Positions 1 through 10,269 of a stretch of DNA of 64,000 nucleotides are shown here, piece after piece. Each line of letters starts with the position of its first letter. Position 1 is the first letter of the stretch. Made by a program: the position numbers and the translations under genes. The DNA is from Candidatus Falkowbacteria bacterium (GTDB taxonomy: Bacteria > Patescibacteriota > Patescibacteriia > Patescibacteriales > UBA12075). Where the stretch lies: positions 101,533 to 165,532 of the forward strand of contig DOSJ01000004.1 of assembly GCA_003514005.1 (NCBI GenBank). Direction: 5' to 3'. The notes under the pieces are model-generated. The model was given only the letters and a program-made list of their open reading frames with translations. It ran no database searches and was not told the DNA's origin.

Positions 1-1017
1 TTTGATTGTTTGGACAATACGATCAACTGTTGAATCAAGGTCAAAAGATGTTCGCTCATTCTTACATGTCGTCTTTTGCGGATTATCGTAATTGTCGCAT
101 TGCGGATAGACCAGAGTAAAACTTACTGTCACCAATTCATCATCCTTGATCGTGGAGTAGTCATAAGTAGTGTAAACAGAACCGGCCGCACCCTCGCTAT
201 TTGCTTTGACACAATATGTCCGGTTGTCGACCATCCGCTTTGCAACTCTCTGGGGTAGACTGCTCTCGGCTGGCGTTTCTAAACAATTTAACTGATGATC
301 ATTGTTTGATACAGCAACCTTCGGAGGCCAAGATTGAGTAAAGATATAATCGGTTAATAATCTTTCCGGATACTTAAATGAGATTCCAGTTTGACCGTCA
401 GCACTAAGTTTCCATAGATCATTATTTGCTTCACCCGGGCATTGGGCAAATTCACATCTAGGTCCAGTGCGTCCAACATACGAGCCGTCTGGGCAAAGCT
501 TGGCCTCTTCCGTACAAGCTATTTGCCCAAAATTTGCCGAACTGTTGAGATGCCAAATTGAATAATTAAGATAACCGGCAAAACTTACCCAAAGGATGTA
601 TGGCAAAAGAAGCCACATGGCCGGACGAGAGATTTTCGCAAAAGCAATAATAGTGGCAACAATGGCGAACCAAAGAAAAATCATCTCAAAAAGAGCTCCG
701 CCCGGGCTGTGCAGGCCGAAAAAGATAATTGACCAAAGTGTATTTAAAACCAACTGTCCGATGAAAATGCCGAGGGCTATTTTTACATCCTTGCGATCCA
801 AACCTTTCTTCCAGATCAAGAACGCTGAAATACCCATCAGGACAAACAGTGTTGTCCAGACCGGTCCAAAGACCCATGCCGGAGGATTAAGAGCTGGTTT
901 GACTATATCTGCATACCAGCCGGAAATAGACTGTGTCGTAAACACCGAGCCGATGATACCAGCAAGCTCGGAGACTACGATAGCGATAATGAGTTTAAAT
1001 GTATTGTTTATTTTCAT
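1..1017 (-). CDS. TspO/MBR (tryptophan-rich sensory protein) family membrane protein fused to a C-terminal Cys-containing soluble domain; 3' end runs off the window
   Basis: Own translation of the minus strand from ATG at 1017-1015, open to position 1 (339 codons). It is absent from the ORF track because no stop lies in the window. The first ~155 aa carry TspO hallmarks: WYADIVKPALNPPAWVFGPVWTTLFVLMG, GQLVLNTLWSIIFFG, LPYILWVSFAGYLN. Track ORF 596..1033(+) is its antisense shadow. Confidence 0.8.
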   Translation of the reverse strand, partial: MKINNTFKLIIAIVVSELAGIIGSVFTTQSISGWYADIVKPALNPPAWVFGPVWTTLFVLMGISAFLIWKKGLDRKDVKIALGIFIGQLVLNTLWSIIFFGLHSPGGALFEMIFLWFAIVATIIAFAKISRPAMWLLLPYILWVSFAGYLNYSIWHLNSSANFGQIACTEEAKLCPDGSYVGRTGPRCEFAQCPGEANNDLWKLSADGQTGISFKYPERLLTDYIFTQSWPPKVAVSNNDHQLNCLETPAESSLPQRVAKRMVDNRTYCVKANSEGAAGSVYTTYDYSTIKDDELVTVSFTLVYPQCDNYDNPQKTTCKNERTSFDLDSTVDRIVQTIK

Positions 1018-1019
1018 AT

Positions 1020-1178
1020 TTATTTCCTTTTAGAATCGGCCCAAAGCGACAATATCCCCAAGGCTAAAAAGAGTGCCACCTCTACCCAATTCTGTTTTTG
1101 AAACGCATTGAAAAGCGCTGTTCCAAAAAAGATTATAAATATCGCAAGGCTGGTAAATTTATATTTTTCCATATTCAT
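1020..1178 (-). CDS. small hydrophobic protein (52 aa), hypothetical
   Basis: Own translation: MNMEKYKFTSLAIFIIFFGTALFNAFQKQNWVEVALFLALGILSLWADSKRK. It is below the track size cutoff. It sits 2-3 nt from both neighbouring minus-strand genes and has two predicted TM segments. Confidence 0.35.
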   Translation of the reverse strand: MNMEKYKFTSLAIFIIFFGTALFNAFQKQNWVEVALFLALGILSLWADSKRK

Positions 1179-1181
1179 ATT

Positions 1182-1499
1182 TTAGCGTTTAATTTTATAT
1201 TTGTCTGAAAGTCCCCATTGCCAACGCGGTTTTTCTCCTTTCTTATAGGCGACAACAACCAGAAGGATGGTCAAGACAATGATAGGTAGTGCGAACGTCA
1301 GGATATTGCTTCCCGAATCAGGATTTCCCGGAATGTCCTTTTCTCTGACGAGCACGAGGACTAGGATGAGTACGATATAGAGAAAGATGACGCACCATCC
1401 CTGCCATTTCGCTGGCGTCCAACCCCAGCCGTAAAGCTTGGCTTTAAACCAATATCCCTGCGGATTGTCTTTCAAGTATTTTATGTATTCTTTAATCAT
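1182..1499 (-). CDS. small membrane protein (105 aa), hypothetical
   Basis: Track ORF. It has a W/G-rich N-terminus (GYWFKAKLYGWGWTPAKWQGW) followed by two hydrophobic helices, and overlaps the upstream gene by 4 nt. Confidence 0.55.
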   Translation of the reverse strand: MIKEYIKYLKDNPQGYWFKAKLYGWGWTPAKWQGWCVIFLYIVLILVLVLVREKDIPGNPDSGSNILTFALPIIVLTILLVVVAYKKGEKPRWQWGLSDKYKIKR

Positions 1500-1822
1500 A
1501 AGCTTTTATCTTTGTGCTTTAACAATACTTCGGCCGGGGAGATTCCGCCAAGGACTTTGTGTGGAAAATAGTTCCAAGCATCAGTTACCAATTCAAGAAC
1601 ATTGCTTAATTCCGAAGCGTCTCCGCCACGATCAAACATGGCCACGACTTTCATCATGTCGTCATTATTCTCTTCGTGGAAAATAACGTCTCGGATATGA
1701 TCCAGAGTAAAATCACTCTCGGTTTCTTTGAGCATGTCCACCAGTTCCTGTTCGATCTCATTTCGACGTTCTAAAATTTGTTGTTTTGATTCTATTTCCA
1801 TAAAATTATTTTGCGAATGCAT
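1496..1822 (-). CDS. hypothetical acidic protein (108 aa) with DUF2384-like C-terminal motif
   Basis: Track ORF. The C-terminal TDAWNYFPHKVLGGISPAEVLL resembles the W..P...LGG.SP.ELL motif of Xre/MbcA/ParS-type antitoxin toxin-binding domains (from memory, unverified). Overlaps both neighbours. Confidence 0.5.
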   Translation of the reverse strand: MHSQNNFMEIESKQQILERRNEIEQELVDMLKETESDFTLDHIRDVIFHEENNDDMMKVVAMFDRGGDASELSNVLELVTDAWNYFPHKVLGGISPAEVLLKHKDKSL

Positions 1823-2672
1823 CGGAAAAAATCATCAACTCTTTACCTTTTCGTGATTTATAAGCATTGTAATTCAAAGAAAAATTTACAATTCTACGAT
1901 TTGGATAAAGAGATTTAATTTCTTTTTTATTATCATAGGTTAAAAGCCAGAAAGCGTCTGGATTCTGGTTTAATTTTTTTGCTAAAGCTTCATGGTTATC
2001 TTCTCGGTAGTGGTTAAGATAAAGAGAAGCACCCTTTTCAAAATATGGAGGGTCAAGATAAATAAAAACGTTCTTTTTGCTTAAATATTTATTGATAAGC
2101 TTAAGCCCATCTTCATTAAAGACCGATATTTTATCTTTGTATGCTGATATTTTTTTAATTCTTTCAATAAGGGCTTTCTTGTTAAACCTTGCATCAACTT
2201 TATATTTACCTTTTTGTTCTATCCCACCAATCACTCCTCCGTCCAAAATACCGGAAGTATTTGTTCGATTAAGAAAAAAAGTGGCAAAACCGAGATTAAA
2301 TTCACTCGCTTTCGGATTACTATAAATTTCTTTTTGTTTTTTCCATTCAGCAATTGTCACTGGAGTAGATTCTATTTTTCTAATAAACCTTGCAGAATGA
2401 AAAATAGATGAGTTCCAAAAAGAATAAACAGTTTTATCCAGATCATTGATTACTATTCGTTCAACTTTGCCAGACATTAACAATGCCAAGGCCGCACCAG
2501 CACCACCTGCGAACGGTTCAATGTAAGTAACCTTTTCCAAATGATTATCCTTTATCATGCTATCAAAAAATGGAAATAGAAAAGTCTTTCCACCAGGGTA
2601 TCTTAATGGGCTACAGTGTAATCGTTGGTTTCTTTTTTGTGGTATTTTTTGCATATTAATTTTTTTTGCCAA
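1806..2672 (-). CDS. DNA adenine methyltransferase, Dam/D12 class (N6-adenine)
   Basis: Motifs LRYPGGK, EPFAGGAG (SAM binding) and LDPPYFEKG (DPPY catalytic motif). An alternative start at MQKIPQ (2654) would remove the 17-nt overlap with the upstream gene. Confidence 0.9.
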   Translation of the reverse strand: MAKKINMQKIPQKRNQRLHCSPLRYPGGKTFLFPFFDSMIKDNHLEKVTYIEPFAGGAGAALALLMSGKVERIVINDLDKTVYSFWNSSIFHSARFIRKIESTPVTIAEWKKQKEIYSNPKASEFNLGFATFFLNRTNTSGILDGGVIGGIEQKGKYKVDARFNKKALIERIKKISAYKDKISVFNEDGLKLINKYLSKKNVFIYLDPPYFEKGASLYLNHYREDNHEALAKKLNQNPDAFWLLTYDNKKEIKSLYPNRRIVNFSLNYNAYKSRKGKELMIFSDAFAK

Positions 2673-4020
2673 AATAAAAATCTAATATGTCGGCGACAAT
2701 AAAAGAATCTTTTAAAATATCGGAGCGTTTGCAAACTATGTTTCCATGAGCATATTTATCTAAAATAACACCTAAATTACGTTGGTCTGAAAGCCATTCA
2801 TTGGTAAGCGATACGCCATTTTTGTCCTGTTGAGTTAATTGCTTTTTCGCTTCTTTGAGAAAATCCTCACAAACTTGATCTTGTTTAGCTTTTTTGCCAT
2901 CGCCTCGATTCTCGTAATGGACACGAGCCGCAATTTCAACCAATAATCGAAGTGCCATTCCAAGAAAGGGCAATATAGCATCATTGTTTTGACTTTTTTT
3001 ATCAATATCCACCAGAGCACGGTATAAATCATTTACCTTACCTTGCTGTAAAGAAAGGGTTCGTCCAAAAAGCTCATCGGCTGTTTTAGTGACCGGTGTT
3101 TTGCGAGCGATTTTTAATTTATAATCAGTGGCTATTCCTACTTTTCCAAAAAGATCTGTTTGTTTCTTGCTTTCGGCCTCTGTTATTTCGGTCGATGCCC
3201 GATCGAAGTCTTTATCAGAAATACTTTTTAAATAATCAAGTATTTCTTTGTTATTCAAACGAGAAAATAATTTGCCATTATACTGGCCATTTTTTAACAC
3301 ATCCCAAACAACCACTTTTAACTTTTTTTCAAAATCAGTATCTTTAATTTTCAATTTTTTATTTCCGTCAAAAGAAAAACCAAAAAATTCTTGAGCCGGT
3401 GTTTGCCCGATCAATCTCCAGAAAGTTGTCACATAGCCGGGCCCCAGTACTGATTCTTTTAATTCATTTGCTATTGTAAGACTGTTAATAACCTTTGTTA
3501 TTCCAACCCTTATCAACTCTTTCTCTCCGGCTTTTCCTCGACGTTCCTTGTGATGAGCTATTTCATTAGAGCCCCACGATACCTCATTGTTTTGATTAAG
3601 ATGTTTTCTTTCAATAAAGCGATAGCCTTCTTCCAAGTCCTCGGTTACGAGGCACTCTAATTCAAAATCCCCTGAAAGATTGATTTTTGATTTGATTTTT
3701 GAAAATTTTGTTTCTTGAGTGCCAGCCAGTTTGGGGTCTGCTAACAATTTATATGCGGCGACTCTTCTGTTACCTTCAAGAACAATATTGCGATCATTAA
3801 AACGCCAGACAACGATTTTCTCCAACTGAGGAAGATCAGCATCCTTTTCCATTTCGCTGGCCAATTTTAAAACCTGAAATTTACCAGTTATAAAGTGTTT
3901 TAATAAATCTTCCTCCGTAAGACCAAAATACTGATCAGAAAAACGAGCATTCTCGTCCCAGAGTGAGAGATCTTTAATCGCTATGTCTTTTTTGTTCCAT
4001 TTTGAATTGTGAGTGCTCAT
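2656..4020 (-). CDS. ParB/Srx-fold (ParB N-terminal-like, DndB/DGQHR-related) domain protein, 454 aa
   Basis: The N-terminus has IKDLSLWDENARF (equivalent of the ParB I..L...NPR box) and IVLEGNRRVAAYKLL (GxRR / DGQHR-like box). The remaining ~330 aa have no motif I recognise. Confidence 0.7.
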   Translation of the reverse strand: MSTHNSKWNKKDIAIKDLSLWDENARFSDQYFGLTEEDLLKHFITGKFQVLKLASEMEKDADLPQLEKIVVWRFNDRNIVLEGNRRVAAYKLLADPKLAGTQETKFSKIKSKINLSGDFELECLVTEDLEEGYRFIERKHLNQNNEVSWGSNEIAHHKERRGKAGEKELIRVGITKVINSLTIANELKESVLGPGYVTTFWRLIGQTPAQEFFGFSFDGNKKLKIKDTDFEKKLKVVVWDVLKNGQYNGKLFSRLNNKEILDYLKSISDKDFDRASTEITEAESKKQTDLFGKVGIATDYKLKIARKTPVTKTADELFGRTLSLQQGKVNDLYRALVDIDKKSQNNDAILPFLGMALRLLVEIAARVHYENRGDGKKAKQDQVCEDFLKEAKKQLTQQDKNGVSLTNEWLSDQRNLGVILDKYAHGNIVCKRSDILKDSFIVADILDFYFGKKN

Positions 4021-4053
4021 ATTATTTCTATTATAATTTTATCAAATTTTGGG

Positions 4054-7000
4054 CTATTTTTCTCCGCTCCAGTCCTTACACAAAACCTCGGCTTGTTCCA
4101 ATACTGTTTTGGTTGCCAATTCCTGCTTGTCTGGGGGATATTTATATTTGTTTAATAACTTCTTAACCAAGACGCGAAGCTTGGCCTGTACGCTTTGTTT
4201 GAGCGTCCAATCAATAGAAGTATTTTTGCGAAGCATAACCACCAGCTCTTGAGCAATCTTTTTTAAAATATCATCGCCAAGTTCCATAATCGCACTATCA
4301 TTAGCACAAAGAGCATCGTAAAATGCTACTTCGTCTTCAGTGAGATTAAGATTTCCTCCGCGATTCTTTTCCTCGCGAATCTTTTTTGCCAACTCAACTA
4401 ATTCAGCAATAACTTGAGCGGCCTCAATTGTCTGGTTTTGATATTTCTTGATTGTCTCCTCAAGCATCTTGGCGAACGATCGTGACTTAACCAAAAACTT
4501 CTTTTCCATCGTACGAATCTCGTCATTCAAAAGACGTTTCAAAACTTCCAAAGCCACATTCTTGCGTTCCAAGCCCTGAACTTCCTGCAAGAATTCATCA
4601 GACAAGACAGCAACATTCGGATTTTTCAATCCAGCTGCGTCAAAAATATTTATAACCTTATCCGAAGTCACAGCGTCGGAAACAATCTGCCGGATAGCTT
4701 GATCGTAATCTTCCATTGTCGGTCCACCAAGACCACCAGTCTGTTCAAATTTAGCGATGAAAGCCCGGACAGTTTGGAAAAAGGCTACTTCGTCACGAAT
4801 ATGTAAGGCCTCACTGCTTGGCACCGACAGAGCAAAGGCCTGCGACAATTCAGCAACGCTCTGCAAATATCGTTTCTTGCCGTTTTCCATTCCCAAAATA
4901 TGATCCATGGCCTTGCCGGCAATTTCTGCCTTATCTCGAGCTTTGTCAGAAAAATATCCAGAATAATCAAAGCCATGATACATCGCCTTAACCGTCTCAT
5001 ATTTTTCAAGCATGATACTAATCGCATCCTCTTGCTTAACGGTCGGTGCTTCTTTACCTTCTTGTGTGTAATAAGAAAGAGCTTCCTTGAGCGACGGTGC
5101 GATGCCAAGATAGTCAACAATAAGTCCGCCCGGTTTATCTTTATAAACTCTGTTCACACGAGCGATTGCCTGCATCAATCCGTGACCTTGCATCGGCTTA
5201 TCAATATACATCGTGTGCATTGACGGAGCGTCAAAGCCGGTTAGCCACATATCACGAACAATAACGAGTTTGAGTTCGTCCTTTGGATCTTTCATACGAT
5301 CAGCCAACAAATCTCGTTCTTCTTTGGTATGAATATGCTTCTGATAATTTGCTGGGTCGCCAGCCGATCCAGTCATCACCACTTTTATAAAACCTTTTTT
5401 AATATCATCGCTATGCCACTGTGGTCGTAATTTTATTATCTCGTCATAAAGTTCAACGGCAATTCTGCGACTCATAGATACAAACATACCTTTGCCGTCC
5501 ATAACGCCAAGGCGAGCCTCAAAATGTTCAACAACATCTTTGGCAATCAAAGCAACTCTTTTCTCCGAACCGATCATAGCCTCAAGGCGAGCCCACTTAC
5601 TCTTGAGTTTCTCTTTCTTCTCCACTTCTTCGCCCTCAGTCAATTCTTCAAATTCGGCATCAATCTTTGGTGTTATTTCTTTGAGCAAATCGATCTTGGC
5701 CAGTCGGGCTTCATAATAAATCGGCACGGTCGCTTTATCCTCTACGGCTCGAGTAATATCATACACATCAATATATTCACCGAAAACTGCTCGGGTATTT
5801 TTGTCTGACAACTCAATTGGCGTACCAGTAAAGCCAATAAACGAAGCGTTGGGCAAGGCATCGTGCATATGGCGAGCAAAACCGTCTATAAAATCATATT
5901 GGCTACGATGAGCCTCATCGGCAATCACGATAATATTTTTACGGTCCGAAAGAAGTGGATGTTTGTCGCCCTTAATCTCTGGCATAAACTTTTGAATAGT
6001 GGTAAATACCACACCACCGGAAGCGACCGAAAGAAGCTTTTTGAGATCAGACCTATCTTGAGCTTGCTTGGGAGTCTGTCGGATCAAATCACTGCAATGA
6101 GAGAATACCCCAAACAATTGGCCATCCAAGTCATTGCGATCAGTAAGTAAAACTAGAGTTGGATTATCCAAAGCCTGAATGATTTTGCCAGCATAGAAAA
6201 CCATAGACAAAGATTTGCCAGAACCTTGCGTGTGCCAAACAACGCCGGCACGTCTATCACCATTGGCAGATGACGCTTCGGCTGTTTTTTCAACGGCTTT
6301 ATTAACTGCAAAATATTGGTGATATGCTGACAGCTTTTTGATTGTCTTGCTGACATTATTTTTAGAATCCTTTTCGCTCTCAAAGACAATAAAGTTTTTG
6401 ACGATATCCAGCAGTCGCTCTTTAGCGAAAACTCCCTTGATCAGAATTTCCAAGTCGTTAGTTTTAACAATCTTTTTGCCATCAACACTTTTCCAACCAA
6501 CAAAGCGATCCATATCAGCCGAGATCGTGCCAACAACGGCACTCTTTACATGATCCGCCAAAACGCAAATCTCGTTATAGGCAAACAAAGATGGAATCTC
6601 GGCTTTATATGTTTGGATCTGATTAAATGCACTTTTAAGTGTGGCGTTGGCATCGGCCGGGTTCTTTAACTCAAAAATAGCAATCGGCAAACCGTTCACA
6701 AAAATCATCACATCTGGTCGGCGATTATGATTATTCTCAACGACAGTGAATTGATTGACTGCCAACCAGTCGTTATTATTCAAATTCTTAACATCAAAAA
6801 GGTACACCTTGTCACCAGCGATCGTGCCATCCTCTCGAGCATATTCAACATCGGTGCCTTCAGTCAGCATTTTATGAAAGGCTTGATTGGCAGTTAAAAG
6901 GTTAGGGTTGGAGTAAGCGACATTAACCGCTTTTTTGATTGCTTCCTCTTGAGCGTCTCTAGGAATATTGGAATTTATTTGAGCGACAGCACTACGCAAA

Positions 7001-7158
7001 CGATCAACCAAAACGACATCCTTGTACGATTGGCGTTCTGGATGTTCACCATCAAAAGCAATATCCGGTCCAAAGGCAACGGAATATCCAAGGTCTTCCT
7101 CAAACCATTCAAGGATTGCTTCTTCTAAATCTGATTCAATGTATTTGTAGTGCTTCAT
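4054..7158 (-). CDS. hsdR: type I restriction enzyme R subunit (helicase/endonuclease)
   Basis: 1034 aa. SF2 motor motifs [11 protein letters not shown] (motif I) and [10 protein letters not shown] (DEAH), an N-terminal nuclease-type region ([16 protein letters not shown]), and an operon with hsdM/hsdS. Confidence 0.95.
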   Translation of the reverse strand: MKHYKYIESDLEEAILEWFEEDLGYSVAFGPDIAFDGEHPERQSYKDVVLVDRLRSAVAQINSNIPRDAQEEAIKKAVNVAYSNPNLLTANQAFHKMLTEGTDVEYAREDGTIAGDKVYLFDVKNLNNNDWLAVNQFTVVENNHNRRPDVMIFVNGLPIAIFELKNPADANATLKSAFNQIQTYKAEIPSLFAYNEICVLADHVKSAVVGTISADMDRFVGWKSVDGKKIVKTNDLEILIKGVFAKERLLDIVKNFIVFESEKDSKNNVSKTIKKLSAYHQYFAVNKAVEKTAEASSANGDRRAGVVWHTQGSGKSLSMVFYAGKIIQALDNPTLVLLTDRNDLDGQLFGVFSHCSDLIRQTPKQAQDRSDLKKLLSVASGGVVFTTIQKFMPEIKGDKHPLLSDRKNIIVIADEAHRSQYDFIDGFARHMHDALPNASFIGFTGTPIELSDKNTRAVFGEYIDVYDITRAVEDKATVPIYYEARLAKIDLLKEITPKIDAEFEELTEGEEVEKKEKLKSKWARLEAMIGSEKRVALIAKDVVEHFEARLGVMDGKGMFVSMSRRIAVELYDEIIKLRPQWHSDDIKKGFIKVVMTGSAGDPANYQKHIHTKEERDLLADRMKDPKDELKLVIVRDMWLTGFDAPSMHTMYIDKPMQGHGLMQAIARVNRVYKDKPGGLIVDYLGIAPSLKEALSYYTQEGKEAPTVKQEDAISIMLEKYETVKAMYHGFDYSGYFSDKARDKAEIAGKAMDHILGMENGKKRYLQSVAELSQAFALSVPSSEALHIRDEVAFFQTVRAFIAKFEQTGGLGGPTMEDYDQAIRQIVSDAVTSDKVINIFDAAGLKNPNVAVLSDEFLQEVQGLERKNVALEVLKRLLNDEIRTMEKKFLVKSRSFAKMLEETIKKYQNQTIEAAQVIAELVELAKKIREEKNRGGNLNLTEDEVAFYDALCANDSAIMELGDDILKKIAQELVVMLRKNTSIDWTLKQSVQAKLRVLVKKLLNKYKYPPDKQELATKTVLEQAEVLCKDWSGEK

Positions 7159-8753
7159 ATTGTTTTATTAAAAATACAATCAAGTAATTCCTTATAAACC
7201 GTTGTTGCTGGGACAATCTGCTTTGATAGTAATAACTTAAAATCATTTTGATTAATGCCGGTAGTTATACCGCACAAAGACATTAATTCTCCTGTAGCAC
7301 TCTTAACATCTCCATTCTGAATATCTGTAATTTTTGTAGTATATTGTTCGCTGGTCACAGCAGGATATTGTTTTGACACAATTTCAAAATCAAATAGATA
7401 ATTCTCAATTTCTTTTCTTTTCAACATTCTATTCATTGTTGGATTTGCGGCAACAAAATCTTCTCTTTGTTGATCTGTAGTTGATGTTCCATCGGCATTG
7501 ATATCTTTATCTTTAAGTAGACAAAGCTCGACATCCTTAAACGCCTTATTAAGAACCTTAAGAGCAATAGCGGAGTATTTATCAGGTTCTGTGTTTCCAC
7601 CACTTGATATAAAAAGAGTATCCGGTTCACTTTCTTCAAAGATTTTATTGTAAACCTGAGCATCTATTCCGGCCTCTGCACCATTACCACTAGCTTCTTT
7701 TTTACCCTCACAATAGATAATCTTTTTGGGGGCTACTAAACCAGTTAAATCTTCTAACGCTGTTTGAAAAATTTTTTGCCAATTATTTCTACTCTTAACA
7801 ATAGGTGTTAAAGTTTTTGGTTCAGATGCGTAATCACCGTCAAACGCTATCACGGAACATTTATCATTCAAGTTTTCTTTCAAGGCAGTCAGAAATCCTA
7901 TACTGTGAGTTGCGACCCAAAGTTGGCAATTATCTGGTATAATTTTTTCAATTTCAATAAGTAAATTTTTCTGGATGCCAGTGTTTAAATGTAATTCTGG
8001 CTCATCAATGATATATACAGTGTCATCAAATTCTTTACGTTTGAGATACAAATCCAATAGAATATCCACAACCTCCTTCTCGCCGGACGATAAAACATTA
8101 AATTCAAACTCTTTCGGCTGGCTTGGTTTCTTAAAATATAAAGAACCCTTGCCAGATAGAATGTCACCCTCATCTGATATCTCTAAACCAAGACATTTTT
8201 TTAATATTTCGTTTAACTCACCTATAATTTGAGTTTTTGCTTGCTTATCCGTAAGATCGTTAGATTTTCTGTAATCGGTGATATAGATATACAACCTTTG
8301 ATAGTTATTGGTCATTTTATCATCGAGATCAATCGAGGAACTAGCACCAATATTATTCATCTTTATATCGGGAATTCTCTGCAAACTAGTTACATTAAGA
8401 TTTGAATTGTAGCGATATGGATTTCGGTAATTAAAGATTGTATTTTGTTTTCCCGTTGCTTGCTTAGCCGATCTTGTTGTAGAAAAATTACCACTATCAA
8501 AAGTGATTTCAATATTTTGGTGATTATAGTTTGCAACACCCTCCATTGAATGAAACTTGAAGTCCTTTTGCCCAAATTGACCAACGGCTTCGTGTGCGTT
8601 ATTTAAATAGAGCATCCCATCAAATACACTGCTTTTGCCACAGCCATTCGGTCCAACCAAGGCAATTATTTTTGAAGGTGTTTCTCCAAGATCAATAGTA
8701 AGATCTTTAAATCTTTTGTAGCCATTTTTGAATTGTATCTTTTTAATTTTCAT
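7155..8753 (-). CDS. ABC/SMC-type ATPase fused to Toprim/DUF4435-like domain (OLD / GajA / fused PARIS AriA-AriB-like)
   Basis: Walker [10 protein letters not shown], signature-like LSSGEKE, Walker [11 protein letters not shown] and ATHS. The C-terminal third has IIYCEGKKE (Toprim Glu), LLKDKDIN (DxD) and [10 protein letters not shown] (EIENYL box typical of DUF4435/OLD). Its stop overlaps the hsdR start by 4 nt. Confidence 0.8.
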   Translation of the reverse strand: MKIKKIQFKNGYKRFKDLTIDLGETPSKIIALVGPNGCGKSSVFDGMLYLNNAHEAVGQFGQKDFKFHSMEGVANYNHQNIEITFDSGNFSTTRSAKQATGKQNTIFNYRNPYRYNSNLNVTSLQRIPDIKMNNIGASSSIDLDDKMTNNYQRLYIYITDYRKSNDLTDKQAKTQIIGELNEILKKCLGLEISDEGDILSGKGSLYFKKPSQPKEFEFNVLSSGEKEVVDILLDLYLKRKEFDDTVYIIDEPELHLNTGIQKNLLIEIEKIIPDNCQLWVATHSIGFLTALKENLNDKCSVIAFDGDYASEPKTLTPIVKSRNNWQKIFQTALEDLTGLVAPKKIIYCEGKKEASGNGAEAGIDAQVYNKIFEESEPDTLFISSGGNTEPDKYSAIALKVLNKAFKDVELCLLKDKDINADGTSTTDQQREDFVAANPTMNRMLKRKEIENYLFDFEIVSKQYPAVTSEQYTTKITDIQNGDVKSATGELMSLCGITTGINQNDFKLLLSKQIVPATTVYKELLDCIFNKTI

Positions 8754-8758
8754 AAAAA

Positions 8759-9928
8759 TTAATTTACTCTAATTTTCCCGCTCATCAGTCGAGGTAATAA
8801 AGAATCCCGAACCTGCTCGAGGTTTTTTGTCTGGCTCTCATTTTCGAGAATCATTCCAAAAAATGCAGTCAAAATTTCATTAAATTTATCTAGTGTTTTT
8901 TTGTCAGGAATAATCATCGGGATACTATTCATGTTGGCCTGATTGATTTTTGGCTGAACAGCACCAGTAACAAACGGCATAATATCTACTTGATCCAGGA
9001 ACACTTTTATATATTCTGTCGAAAATCCGTTTTTACCCTGCAAAACATGAGCATGATTGTTGACCCATATTTTACCTTGAACATATTGAACAAATGGCGT
9101 TCCGTCTTCTTTAGCAACCGAACCATCTTCGCCAAGTAATACATATGTCCCGTCAAAAATAAAATCATCCACATAATCCATAATCGAAGTAGCACCGTAG
9201 TAAGGATAACAACCCTGCTTTTTCTCACGTTCTCGACTTGATAGAGGAATACGCTTTGAGTCAAAATTTATTATCGCCTCACCGAATGTACCCATTCTCC
9301 ATCCCTTGGGTAATTCATCGCCAATATCAATAAACCATTTTTTGAATAGTGAGTTTGCCAATATTTCAAGATTTTTATTGATTTTACGATTGAGTTCTAT
9401 TTTGTCATCAAGAGATGAAAGAACCTCAGCAATTTGTTTTTGTTCTGACAATTTGGGAACTGGCCATGCAGTGTCCTTTAAATGATCCCAATCAGCTCGA
9501 GGCATACGAGTACCACTGCTCCCTCCGCTAGCAGATTTAATAAAATCTTCACTGGCGAATAACCAAAATAACCAATCCTGATCAAAACCGGTCTTTGATC
9601 GAGCCACCCAAATGTCTGTTGAGCATATGCCTGAAAATTTAGGCCTGTATACCTTTCTAAAATATGGCCTTAATTTTCCAAACAAAATATCTCCGTCTTT
9701 AAAACGGAATTTATTACTTGTTACATCAGATGATTTACCAACAGAATTAAGAGAAAGAGCTTGTTGGTTTATATGTTCCAACCCTATATAAGAAAGCTCT
9801 TCGTCAGCACTAGGTAAATAGGCATCCTTAACAAGCTCGGCAAATTTATATAACTCCAAACTGATCCATTCCTCTGGAATAGTTCCGATCTCTGTCTCTT
9901 TATATTTTGTGGCGATTTCCGTTTTCAT
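8759..9928 (-). CDS. hsdS: type I restriction enzyme specificity subunit
   Basis: 389 aa with two target-recognition halves separated by the conserved central helix (VPKLSEQKQIAEVLSSLDDKIELNRKINKNLE) and the C-terminal repeat (LEQVRDSLLPRLMSGKIRV). Confidence 0.9.
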   Translation of the reverse strand: MKTEIATKYKETEIGTIPEEWISLELYKFAELVKDAYLPSADEELSYIGLEHINQQALSLNSVGKSSDVTSNKFRFKDGDILFGKLRPYFRKVYRPKFSGICSTDIWVARSKTGFDQDWLFWLFASEDFIKSASGGSSGTRMPRADWDHLKDTAWPVPKLSEQKQIAEVLSSLDDKIELNRKINKNLEILANSLFKKWFIDIGDELPKGWRMGTFGEAIINFDSKRIPLSSREREKKQGCYPYYGATSIMDYVDDFIFDGTYVLLGEDGSVAKEDGTPFVQYVQGKIWVNNHAHVLQGKNGFSTEYIKVFLDQVDIMPFVTGAVQPKINQANMNSIPMIIPDKKTLDKFNEILTAFFGMILENESQTKNLEQVRDSLLPRLMSGKIRVN

Positions 9929-9931
9929 AAC

Positions 9932-10267
9932 TTAAATCAAATTTTTTACAATAAGAAATCCAAATAACCCGATAAAGATAAAGCCAAGCGAGAGCAGAAT
10001 TGCTGTTATTGGATTGTGATGTATTTCTTTCCATGAGATCAATGCCGTGGGGCCGGTATAAACATTCGGTGGTTTAATAGTTGAAAATTTTTGTTCAGCA
10101 ATCCAATAAGATATGCCAATTAGTAGCATTCCTATTCCAAGACCACATAGATGTTTGTTTTGGATAAAATCAATCTTCACAGTGAAAGACATAAAAATAG
10201 CACCTACGCCAAGTAATAGGATTATTTTCCACCAAGTATCTATTTTTAAGCTTTCAAGAAATTTCAT
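9932..10267 (-). CDS. small integral membrane protein (111 aa, ~4 TM) inserted between hsdM and hsdS
   Basis: Track ORF with four hydrophobic segments. It lies 2-3 nt from hsdM and hsdS on the same strand. Confidence 0.55.
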   Translation of the reverse strand: MKFLESLKIDTWWKIILLLGVGAIFMSFTVKIDFIQNKHLCGLGIGMLLIGISYWIAEQKFSTIKPPNVYTGPTALISWKEIHHNPITAILLSLGFIFIGLFGFLIVKNLI

Positions 10268-10269
10268 AG

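Noticed and set aside
596-1033. 145-aa plus-strand ORF in the track
   Set aside because: It is the antisense shadow of the minus-strand TspO-family gene (1..1017), whose translation carries clear TspO motifs. The plus-strand product has no motif and odd composition.
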